DNA of 64,000 nucleotides from an uncultured Gemmatimonadota bacterium (GTDB lineage Bacteria; JAAXHH01): NCBI GenBank assembly GCA_951812955.1, contig OX638340.1, positions 3,456,001 to 3,520,000 of the forward strand, read 5' to 3'. Shown piece by piece: positions 44,003 to 52,381 of this stretch (position 1 is its first letter; each line of letters starts with the position of its first letter). The notes under the pieces were generated by a model. It saw only the letters and a program-made list of their open reading frames with translations, ran no database searches and was not told where the DNA came from. The position numbers and the translations under genes were made by a program.

Positions 44003-44449
44003 ATGAAAAAGACACTGATCGCAGGAATGATCGTGACGGTTGCCGCGATCCTGACGGGATGCATGGCCTCGCAGCACAGAAGGGCCGTGCAGGATGATTC
44101 CGCCGACCGGGTGACCGTAGGGACGGTACAGCAATCGATCCGGGTGGGCATGAGCGGCGCCGAGGTCGCGGGCGTGCTCGGATCGCCCAACATCGTGTCG
44201 ACCGATGAAGAGCGTCGCGAAGTCTGGATCTATGACAAGATTTCGACGGAGTCCGTGCGTTCGTCCAGCGAAGGCGGGGTCCTGTCGCTCATTTTCGTGG
44301 ATCTGGCCGATGTATTCACCGGTGGGGCGGGCGGGCTTTCCGGATCGTCCGGCGCCGAGTCCACGTCCCAGCGGACGCTCACGGTGATTATAAAGTTCGA
44401 TGAAGAAAAACTGGTGAGAGACTTCGCGTACCACACGTCGCGATTCTGA
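44003..44449 (+). CDS. small lipoprotein, possibly SmpA/OmlA (BamE)-like
   Basis: Start MKKTLIAGMIVTVAAILTGCMAS with RBS AGGAGA; the track ORF starts at 43856. Motif VGMSGAEVAGVLGSPN is reminiscent of the BamE fold. 148 aa. Confidence 0.45.
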   Translation: MKKTLIAGMIVTVAAILTGCMASQHRRAVQDDSADRVTVGTVQQSIRVGMSGAEVAGVLGSPNIVSTDEERREVWIYDKISTESVRSSSEGGVLSLIFVDLADVFTGGAGGLSGSSGAESTSQRTLTVIIKFDEEKLVRDFAYHTSRF

Positions 44450-44606
44450 GTTGGACGTTTTCGTTCCACAATGGCGCGAAATAAAACCGTGCTACCCACG
44501 GCGAGTATTCAGAACATGTTCAGGTCGGTGTAGTCCCTTCTCCCTCGAAGTATTGTTCAACAGCGAATCCAATTCCTTTGGCGATGTTTCTAAGGGGGTA
44601 TCCAAC

Positions 44607-45164
44607 ATGGGTTGGAAAGCTATCTGCCAACTTACGGGACCAATCCTGGCTGTCCTGGTCTTGACCGGTTGTTTGAGCGGCGAATCCGGAAATCCGTTTG
44701 AACTGACTCCAGAACATCTGCAAAAGAGGGAGATGCGGACCAGGATGTATGAAGGGATATCCGAGGTGGGTATGTTGTCCGCGTGTGCCGGAGTGCTGCA
44801 GGACCTGGGTTTCACCATCGACGAGAGCGAGTCAAAACTCGGTGTGATTGTCGGGTCGAAGAGAAGTGACGCGACGGAGGCGGGGCAGGAGGCCTGGTGG
44901 CTGGTAAAGGCGTTGTTGACTTACGGGTTGGCGGCACTTACGGACGAGACGGATGACTACCAGAGATTCCGGGCGTCTGTAGTCGTCCGTCCGGCTTCGA
45001 CGATTACATCAGAAAACCACTACGTAAGCGTGACCTTCCAGCGGACCGTCTGGGATACAGACGACAAAGTATCGAAACAGGAAACCCTGGAAGTGCCCGA
45101 AATCCACGGGGATTTCTTCGATCGGCTTTCGAAATCGGTTTTTTTGGAAGCCCAGGGTATCTAA
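44607..45164 (+). CDS. lipoprotein of unknown function (first of three tandem paralogs)
   Basis: Start MGWKAICQLTGPILAVLVLTGCLSGES. Conserved segments LSACAGVLQDLGFTIDESESKLGVIVG and C-terminus PEIHGDFFDRLSKSVFLEAQGI are shared with the two downstream copies. Confidence 0.6.
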   Translation: MGWKAICQLTGPILAVLVLTGCLSGESGNPFELTPEHLQKREMRTRMYEGISEVGMLSACAGVLQDLGFTIDESESKLGVIVGSKRSDATEAGQEAWWLVKALLTYGLAALTDETDDYQRFRASVVVRPASTITSENHYVSVTFQRTVWDTDDKVSKQETLEVPEIHGDFFDRLSKSVFLEAQGI

Positions 45165-45235
45165 TGCGCCGGATTTCGGTGACGTCGGTCGCCAACCGGT
45201 TTCTTCATCTTTCGGCCGTGTAGTTTGCGGTCCTA

Positions 45236-45598
45236 ATGATCACATGCTCCGAGGCTGATATGATCAGTAAGGAAGGACGGAAACTCAACCGGTTCCAACG
45301 TGGCCAATGTTTGATTCTTTTTCTGGCGTTTATGATCATGGCCGGATGCGGGGGCGGTGCATCGTTGGAAGCTTTCGTTCCGACGGAGGAAACGCTGCGG
45401 AAAAGGGTGCTGACCACCAGGCAGTTCGATGGTATTGCGGAAGCAGACCTTTTGTCGGCGTCTGCGGGTGTGCTTCAGGACCTGGGTTTTAACGTCGATG
45501 AGAAGCCATTCATTCAAAAAGCGTAGACGATCCGGAACTGTACGGCGAGTTCTTTGAACTGCTTTCGAAATCGGTATTTCTGGAAGGACAGAAACTAT
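45236..45598 (+). pseudogene. truncated paralog of 44607..45164 (internal deletion/frameshift; C-terminal part displaced to another frame)
   Basis: N-terminal lipoprotein signal (FLAFMIMAGCGGG) and LSASAGVLQDLGFNVDEKP are retained, then a stop at 45526. The conserved C-terminus (PELYGEFFELLSKSVFLEGQKL*) follows in a different frame (45530-45598). Confidence 0.55.
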
Positions 45599-46025
45599 GA
45601 AATTTGCCAGCACATTGACGCTTGTAGTCGCCGTCGGATTTGCGGCCAGCCTTGCGGGATGTGGCACGTCGAGCCGTCAGTTGACGGAAATGGAAGACAG
45701 TCAGGTCAATTTGCGGACCGTTCAGTCCCGTGCGTTCGACAGTACGGACAAGAACCGGATGCTAAGGACGGTGATCGCCACGCTGTAGGATTTCGGCTAC
45801 GTAATGGACAAAGCGGATGAAGAGCTTGGTGTGATTACAGCGACGAGACTGGACGGGGGAACGCAGAGAATAACGGTGACCGTTCGACCGAGAGGAGAGA
45901 CCCAACTGCTGGTTCGCGCTAACATGCTCCGTGGGCGGAGGGCTGTAACAGACCTCCTGGCCTATCAGAATTTTTTCACGTCGCTGTCCAAATCGATCTT
46001 TCTGGACGCGCACCTTGTCGAGTAG
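45597..46025 (+). pseudogene. third paralog of 44607..45164, interrupted by an in-frame TAG (amber) at 45786-45788
   Basis: MKFASTLTLVVAVGFAASLAGCGTS...RMLRTVIATL * DFGYVMDKADEELGVITATR...FFTSLSKSIFLDAHLVE. The CAG (Gln) of the paralog's VLQDLGF is replaced here by TAG. Both halves are in the same frame and collinear with the intact paralog. Confidence 0.6.
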
Positions 46026-46061
46026 CGAAGTTGGTTAAGTGCATGTGCGGCATCTTTCGAT

Positions 46062-46676
46062 TCAAGGTACTTTCCAGGCACAGAAGTGCCCCGTGGTAAC
46101 CGACAGGTCCAGCCCACTGCCACTACCGCTGCGCCAACTTCCGGCAAAGCCGTCCTCGTCGGATTGTCTTACCCTCAACACCGTGTAAGCGCCATCGTAG
46201 CGCACCACGTCCCTCCTGTTTGCATTCGAGCCCAGACGTAACGTGATGACGCGCCGTCCGTACTCTTCTCTTTCAAGCACGAGCACGCCGGGTGCTGATG
46301 GATCCCTGCTTCCCGGATCTCCGACGCGATGCGCGCCGACCGCTTCGAGATCGATGTCCGTGAACCCATAGAGTGGGGTCGAGGGATCGCTCGTCGAGTC
46401 TGATTCCTGCGTCGGGTCTGATTCCTGCATCTGTAGACGCAGGGTGAGCAGACCGGAAACGACGCGATGGTCTGTGCCGGTGGAATCCGGTACAAGCATG
46501 ATCCGATAACGTCCGGCTCGATCCGACAGCGTCGCATCGGCGCTTAGGCTTTGTTCAGAAGGTTCGCACCTGAATTCCCGTGAAATCGTGGTTGTGGGAT
46601 CGTCGGTTACAGCAGTCTGCCCTGGAAAAGCGCAGGCGGCTGAAAGAATAAAGAAGTGAATCATCAGGTGAGCCAT
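46062..46676 (-). CDS. secreted hypothetical protein
   Basis: Likely start MAHLMIHFFILSAACAFPGQTA (signal peptide). It has an acidic/Ser-Thr-rich segment with a 15-bp direct repeat (gtctgattcctgcgtcgg gtctgattcctgcat, 46397-46430). No recognised domain. Confidence 0.4.
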   Translation of the reverse strand: MAHLMIHFFILSAACAFPGQTAVTDDPTTTISREFRCEPSEQSLSADATLSDRAGRYRIMLVPDSTGTDHRVVSGLLTLRLQMQESDPTQESDSTSDPSTPLYGFTDIDLEAVGAHRVGDPGSRDPSAPGVLVLEREEYGRRVITLRLGSNANRRDVVRYDGAYTVLRVRQSDEDGFAGSWRSGSGSGLDLSVTTGHFCAWKVP

Positions 46677-46814
46677 CGAAATCAAAAACCCCGCATCAAG
46701 GAGTAAATACACCTCACTAAGGAGAAAACTCAACGGACACGATGGCAGGCATCCACTGGGTGACTGGTTCTTCGGTCAACGAGTGACCGTATCGAGCGAA
46801 TCGAGCGTCAAGCG

Positions 46815-49800
46815 CTACCAGTCTGAACTGTCAGGAACTCCCGGGCTCACGACAATCTCCAACCCCGGTTCAGGCAGCACGCGCCGGGCCGGTGGTCCTC
46901 CCGAACCGTTAATAACCCAGTCGTGCAGAAATCCGCGCACCTGGCCAGTGAAGCGGTCCAGCAGCAGGACCGCGGCGCGGTCTCCTTCTCGGTCCTGCGT
47001 CGCAACGCCTTCAGGCCCTGAAAGGGTGATCTGATGCAGTCTCTCCGGCCAATCCGCCCGGATAGGCAGGATGAAGTTGAAGCTCCCGCCCTCACTGTCG
47101 CCGAGCCGGTTCATGTCGAAGGACAGATTGAACACGACACCACCGTTCGCGCTTTCTCCCGAGAGCTGGTACGGACCACTGGTCTGAGGAACGACCGGTG
47201 GCGCGTCGACGACGAATGCCGGTTCCAGCACGAGGTCGCCGTCTTCGCTTACGTGGCCCCAGAGCAGCAGTGCCTTAGTGACTGGGGCAGCCGACGCGAG
47301 CCTGACGTCCTTGGCCTGACGCCAGCCCAGTGCCTTGCTGAAACTGTAGTATCCGATCCACTCCGGCTCGCAATAACTCATCAGGTCGGGCCGGCTGGGG
47401 GAGATCAATTGCTCATTCACGAAATCGTAACCCCATGCGCCGATGGATCCGTCACGGTTCGGGTAATTGCGATCCGGTCCGGCGGGTCCTCCGCACGGCG
47501 CATGGCGTAGAGACAGGTTATGGCCGAACTCATGCGCGATAACCGGGCCCTGCAGCACGCTCACGCTCGAGAATTCCTTGTTGAGCCCAAGGAAAGCCCC
47601 CCCTACGTAAGCGATCCCAAGCAGTCCGTTGTCCCCTTGGCGCCGGAAAACACCCATGTAATAGGTTTCCGGCGAGCCTTCCATGTTGCGGATCGATTCG
47701 GTCAGTGTAACGAGTTCCTCGCCGTAATCCCCCGTCGGGTCGTACGAAACAAATACCGGGTCGTGAACGCTCACCGTAACGTCGCCCACCGGAAGATAGT
47801 CGCGGGTTTCGCGCAGGAGCTCGCCGTCCGCGGTAATGGCGTTGATTTCCGTAAGTATGGACCGGTCCGGGTTCTCGTCCCAGAGGAAGGGAACGATCAT
47901 GATGTCGAAGGAAGACACCGTCCTGACGTCGACAGACAGGCGGCCCTCGGGAGGTATGCGCTGTGCTATCTCGAGCGCCGAGTCCAGGGTGCCGTCCGGA
48001 TCGATCTCCACGACCATCTCCAGGCCCGTCTCGATGACGGATCCGGGAATCAAGGCGTTGGAGGACAAATCCAGTACGCCCTCTTCGATCTGTTCCGGGA
48101 TACCGGCAGACTGGCCCGGAATATCAACCTCGTGGGCGACCGATCCGTTGTGATAGAAGGTAGCCCGGACCGGAGGTATGCTGATTCCCTCGTTGCCCTC
48201 TCTTGCGATGAATACGCGCAGCAGGGCTTCATCGCCTTCAATCAGGGGAACGGGATCACCCACCGACTGTACGGACTGCGTGAGGTATGCGTAGGAGTCA
48301 GCGCCGACGAGCGTAGGTTTTTCCTTCACTTCGACGGCAACCGCGCCGGAGCAATTGTTCAGCGTGTCCGTTTCCCCGGATAGCGCATCCACGCAAGCAC
48401 CGTAGTAGTACGTACCCACGGGGTCGGAAGCCGTCAATACAATCCACTCGTCGTCAGTCTCAGCAGCGTCAAGGCTGGTTACGTAATCCGTTCCCACTTC
48501 CGTGTCGCCGCTGGTGATCGTCGCGTCGGCGGACTGGTAATAGCGAAGCGTCGTCGATGAAGCTGCGTCACCGGCGCCCTGGTTGCGGACCGTCACGCTC
48601 AGCGTGAACGAATCCCCGACCTCGGGATTGTCATTAGATACCGTTGGCTGCTCGAGAACCAGGTCGGGACCGCTGACGGTCACCATGACCGCGACAGAGC
48701 AGTTGTTCGCGGTATCCGATTCCTCGGACAGCGGATCCACGCAGGCGCCGTAATAGTACGTGCCGAGTGTCGCGGGTGCTCTCAGGGAGATCGACTCGTT
48801 ACTGGTCGACGAGGCCCGGAGCGATGAGACGTAATCGGTGCCAATCTCCGTGTCGCCGGACGTGATCGTTGCGTCCGTCGATAGGTAGTAGCGAAGTCTT
48901 GTGGAGGACGCGTTACCGTCGCCCTGGTTGCGTACGATGGCACTTAGTCTGAAACGCTCATCGCTGCTCAGTGCGTCATCGCTTACTGTCGGCGATTCCA
49001 CGATGAGGTCCGGCGCGAGCACGACGGGAATCCGGACGGTCACCTGGAACGCCTGTCTCGCGGTCAGGCTTCCATCGTCGGCCGTAACGGTAATGGTCGC
49101 GTTGCCCGCGGACTTGCCTTCCACCGTCACCACGCTGCCGGCCGTGGCCGCCGTCGCGACCCCCGCGTCCGACGTGGCGGCCGAGAAGGTCAGCCGGTCG
49201 TTATCGGGATCGCTGAAATAGGAGCTTACGGTAATTCGGACCGATTCGCCCACGTCAAGGTTCCGGGACGGGATCGCACCCTGTGCGACGGGCGCCTGGT
49301 TGACCGGTTGCCCCACGGTAACCGTCACGGCGACGGAACAGTTGTTTTGCGTATCGGATTCATCGGACAGCGCATCTACGCAGGCGCCGTAGAAGTACGT
49401 ACCCGTATTGGCAGGCGCATCCAGGCCAATCGATTCATCGCTGGTCTCAGACTGATCCAGGGAGGTCACGCGGTCCGTGCCGATTTCCGTATCGGTGGCC
49501 GAGATCGTGGCATCTGCGGAGCGGTAGTATCGCAGCGTTGTCGAGGACGAAGCGTCGCCGTCGCCCCGGTTGCGTACCGTCGCGTTAAATGTAAACCGGT
49601 CGCCCGGTTCAGGACTGCCGTCGCTGACAGACGGCGATTCCACGATGAGATCGGGACGTGGAATGACGGAACGCCGCACAGTGACGTCTATCTGTTGACC
49701 GGCGGTCAGGCTGCCGTCGCTGGCCGTGATGGTAATCGTCGCGTTCCCGGCCGACTCGCCCCTGATCGTCACCACGTCGTTCGGAATCAAGGCGGTTGCG

Positions 49801-52310
49801 ACCGTAGCGTTTGACGTCAGCGCCTGGTAAGTCAGCGCATCTCCATCGGGGTCCGTGAAATAAGATGACACGTCCACGGTGACCGTTTCGCCCCCGTCGA
49901 CTTCCTGGTCCGGAATACTGCCCCGGGCCACAGGAGGCCGGTTGGCATGCTGGCCCACGATCACCGCTACGCCTGTGGAGCAGTTGTTCTGGTCGCTGGA
50001 CTCATTGGCCAAAGCATCCACGCATGCGCCGTAGTAATAAGTGCCGGCGCTCGATGGCGCGGTCAACGAAACCGACTCCTCGGCCGATACATTCGAGGCC
50101 AGCCGGTTTACGAAGTCGGTCCCGACTTCGGTGTCGCTGCTTGTGATAACTGTGTCGCTGGAGCGGTAGTACCGGAGCGTAGTCGAAGACGCCGCGTCGC
50201 CTCCTCCCTGGTTTCGAACGGTGGCGCGCAGGTCGAAACTTTCGCCGGCCGCCGGGTTGCTTTCGCTGACGGCCGGGGATTCGACAATCAGGTCAGGAGC
50301 GCTGACGGTAACAGTCACCCCGATTGAACAGTTGTTCCCAGTGTCTGCTTCACCGGACAGCGGATCCACACAAGCCCCGTAGTAATAGGTACCGCCGTCC
50401 GAAGGCAGGCTAAGTGCCCTGAGCGTCCTCTCCAGCGAAGCGGATGCTTCCAGCGGGGATATGGCCCACGTGCCAATCTCGGAATCACCGGTCGAAATCG
50501 AGGCGTCGTCGGACTGATAGAAGCGAAGTCTCGTCCACTCGACGGAGGCGCCTCCACCCTGGTTGCGGACCGTGGCGCCCAGCGAAAACCTGCCGCCCGC
50601 GATGGAGCGGATGTCGCTGACAGTAGGTCGTTCGACGACGAGGTCTGCGACCTGCAGCGATATGGTCAACGCAATCGAGCAGTTGTTCAGCCTGTCGGTT
50701 TCCTCATCCAGGGGGTCGACACAGGCGCCGTAGTAATACGTGCCAGCGGCTGTCGGGGCGTAGAGTACGGGCAGGGACCATTCCCGGGTCTCGTCCGCAT
50801 CGAGCGGAAGAATGGGCCGGGTGTCGATTTCCGTATCGCCGGTGGAGATCGTCGCGTCTTGCGAGCGGTAGAAGCGCACGGTGGTCAGGCCGATCGTGGC
50901 GCCTACACCCTGGTTCTTCACCGTGGCGCTCATGGAGAAGCGCTGTCCGGCGCTGAGACTGGTTTCGCTCACCGTCACGGATTCGACCACCAGATCTGGT
51001 CCTCCGATGCTCAGGGTCAACGGTTCCGAGCAGTTGTTTAGCTGGTCGGTCTCCTCCTCGAGGGGATCGACGCAGGCGCCGTAGTAATACGTGCCGGCCG
51101 TGGACGGAGCGATGAGGGCGGGGAGGGACCATTCCCGGGTCTCACTTGCATCGAGGGGGAGTATGGGCCGGGTGCCGAGTTCCGTGTCGTTGGTGGAGAT
51201 CGTCGCATCGGTGGACGTGTAGAAGCGTACGGTGGTGAGATCTACCGTCGCACCGGCGCCCTGGTTCTTCACCGTGGCGCTCATAGCGAAGCGCTGTCCG
51301 GCACTGAGACTGGTTTCGCTCACTGTAAGTGAACTGATCACCAGGTCGGGTGCGCCGACGATCAGCGTCAACGCTTCCGAGCAGTTGTTCTGCTGGTCGG
51401 ATTCCTCCTCGATTGGGTCGACGCATGCGCCGTAGTAATATGTGCCGGCGGTGGACGGAGCATCGAGGGCGGGCAGGGACCATTCCCGGGTCTCGGACGC
51501 ATCGAGGGGGATAATCGGCCGGGTGCCGAGTTCCGTGTCACCGGTGGAGATCGTCGCGTCGGTGGATTGGTAGAACCGTAACGTTGCCAGTTCGAAACCG
51601 GTAACGTCCCCTCCCTGGTTCTTTACCGTGGCGCTCATGGAGAAGCGCTGGCCGGCGCTCAGACTCGTTTCGCTGGCTTCTACCGATTCAATCACGTAGT
51701 CCGGCTCGCTTGCCTGCCGGATTGCTTGATCAGATTTCGGCCCGGCTTCACGGCCTTCTGTGCCGTCGACCTGGTCGATCGCGGCCGCGGTGTCTGATGG
51801 CTGCGGTACATTTGATGGCTGCGGACCGGCGGAGGCCGTTTCATTCGTATTTGAGCCTCCCGAAATGCTGACCAGGATACCCAGGCTGTCCGACAACGTT
51901 CCGACCCGCGCCCGGACCTGGACTGCGCCTTGGTCCAATCCCCTCACGATCCCCATGGAACTCACGGACGCGATTGAACTGTCGCTGGACGACCACGCAA
52001 TTGTTTCGCCCGACAGGACGATGCCGTGCCGATCCCTTATCACGGCCCGGAGCAGAGTCGTCCTACCTTCTATAATCGTCTGTACCGTATCGGGAACGAT
52101 CGAGATGGAGTGCGGTACGGCCGCAGTGGCCTGTGGTGCGGTTGCAGCGGTCTGTGGTGCGGTTGCAGCGGTCTGTGGGGTGGTTAGAACTCTCGCCGCA
52201 GTTGCTCCTGGCCGGGAGGAGTTTGTGGGACTGTCTTTCCCGCAGGTGAACAGGATTATGGTCACCAGGCAAAGGGCCACCGGGAATCCAAGTTTAGCGA
52301 AAAGCGACAT
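46815..52310 (-). CDS. giant surface lipoprotein: Big_2 + ~10 CARDB repeats + 2 cadherin-like domains + C-terminal metzincin-like zinc metalloprotease module
   Basis: Likely start MSLFAKLGFPVALCLVTIILFTCGKDSP (the track ORF extends to 52364). TAATAPQ repeats. One Big_2 domain. ~107-aa CARDB-like units have PDLV.ES.TVSETSLSAGQRF.MSATVKNQG.G.......RFY.S.DATIST.DTE.GT...L.......GTYYYGACVD.L.EE.D..NNCS. Two cadherin-like units (RPPVARGSIPDQ..., NQAPVAQGAIPSR...). The C-terminal ~490 aa is collinear with the C-terminus of 6924..11750 and includes HEFGHNLSLRH (~47500-47545) and Met-turn DLMSYC. Plus-strand ORFs 47034..47510, 47520..48383, 49308..49814 and others are antisense artefacts. Confidence 0.9.
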   Translation of the reverse strand: MSLFAKLGFPVALCLVTIILFTCGKDSPTNSSRPGATAARVLTTPQTAATAPQTAATAPQATAAVPHSISIVPDTVQTIIEGRTTLLRAVIRDRHGIVLSGETIAWSSSDSSIASVSSMGIVRGLDQGAVQVRARVGTLSDSLGILVSISGGSNTNETASAGPQPSNVPQPSDTAAAIDQVDGTEGREAGPKSDQAIRQASEPDYVIESVEASETSLSAGQRFSMSATVKNQGGDVTGFELATLRFYQSTDATISTGDTELGTRPIIPLDASETREWSLPALDAPSTAGTYYYGACVDPIEEESDQQNNCSEALTLIVGAPDLVISSLTVSETSLSAGQRFAMSATVKNQGAGATVDLTTVRFYTSTDATISTNDTELGTRPILPLDASETREWSLPALIAPSTAGTYYYGACVDPLEEETDQLNNCSEPLTLSIGGPDLVVESVTVSETSLSAGQRFSMSATVKNQGVGATIGLTTVRFYRSQDATISTGDTEIDTRPILPLDADETREWSLPVLYAPTAAGTYYYGACVDPLDEETDRLNNCSIALTISLQVADLVVERPTVSDIRSIAGGRFSLGATVRNQGGGASVEWTRLRFYQSDDASISTGDSEIGTWAISPLEASASLERTLRALSLPSDGGTYYYGACVDPLSGEADTGNNCSIGVTVTVSAPDLIVESPAVSESNPAAGESFDLRATVRNQGGGDAASSTTLRYYRSSDTVITSSDTEVGTDFVNRLASNVSAEESVSLTAPSSAGTYYYGACVDALANESSDQNNCSTGVAVIVGQHANRPPVARGSIPDQEVDGGETVTVDVSSYFTDPDGDALTYQALTSNATVATALIPNDVVTIRGESAGNATITITASDGSLTAGQQIDVTVRRSVIPRPDLIVESPSVSDGSPEPGDRFTFNATVRNRGDGDASSSTTLRYYRSADATISATDTEIGTDRVTSLDQSETSDESIGLDAPANTGTYFYGACVDALSDESDTQNNCSVAVTVTVGQPVNQAPVAQGAIPSRNLDVGESVRITVSSYFSDPDNDRLTFSAATSDAGVATAATAGSVVTVEGKSAGNATITVTADDGSLTARQAFQVTVRIPVVLAPDLIVESPTVSDDALSSDERFRLSAIVRNQGDGNASSTRLRYYLSTDATITSGDTEIGTDYVSSLRASSTSNESISLRAPATLGTYYYGACVDPLSEESDTANNCSVAVMVTVSGPDLVLEQPTVSNDNPEVGDSFTLSVTVRNQGAGDAASSTTLRYYQSADATITSGDTEVGTDYVTSLDAAETDDEWIVLTASDPVGTYYYGACVDALSGETDTLNNCSGAVAVEVKEKPTLVGADSYAYLTQSVQSVGDPVPLIEGDEALLRVFIAREGNEGISIPPVRATFYHNGSVAHEVDIPGQSAGIPEQIEEGVLDLSSNALIPGSVIETGLEMVVEIDPDGTLDSALEIAQRIPPEGRLSVDVRTVSSFDIMIVPFLWDENPDRSILTEINAITADGELLRETRDYLPVGDVTVSVHDPVFVSYDPTGDYGEELVTLTESIRNMEGSPETYYMGVFRRQGDNGLLGIAYVGGAFLGLNKEFSSVSVLQGPVIAHEFGHNLSLRHAPCGGPAGPDRNYPNRDGSIGAWGYDFVNEQLISPSRPDLMSYCEPEWIGYYSFSKALGWRQAKDVRLASAAPVTKALLLWGHVSEDGDLVLEPAFVVDAPPVVPQTSGPYQLSGESANGGVVFNLSFDMNRLGDSEGGSFNFILPIRADWPERLHQITLSGPEGVATQDREGDRAAVLLLDRFTGQVRGFLHDWVINGSGGPPARRVLPEPGLEIVVSPGVPDSSDW

Positions 52311-52381
52311 CGGTTTGGTGATTCTGGACATCGGTTGGCTACACCACGCGGCGATGCTGAACATCGCGGCAGTCTACGTGT

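Noticed and set aside
47034-50327. Plus-strand ORFs (47034..47510, 47520..48383, 49308..49814, 49947..50327) opposite the CARDB-metzincin gene
   Set aside because: They are antisense to a gene with ~10 recognisable CARDB domains and a metzincin module. The peptides are low-complexity.
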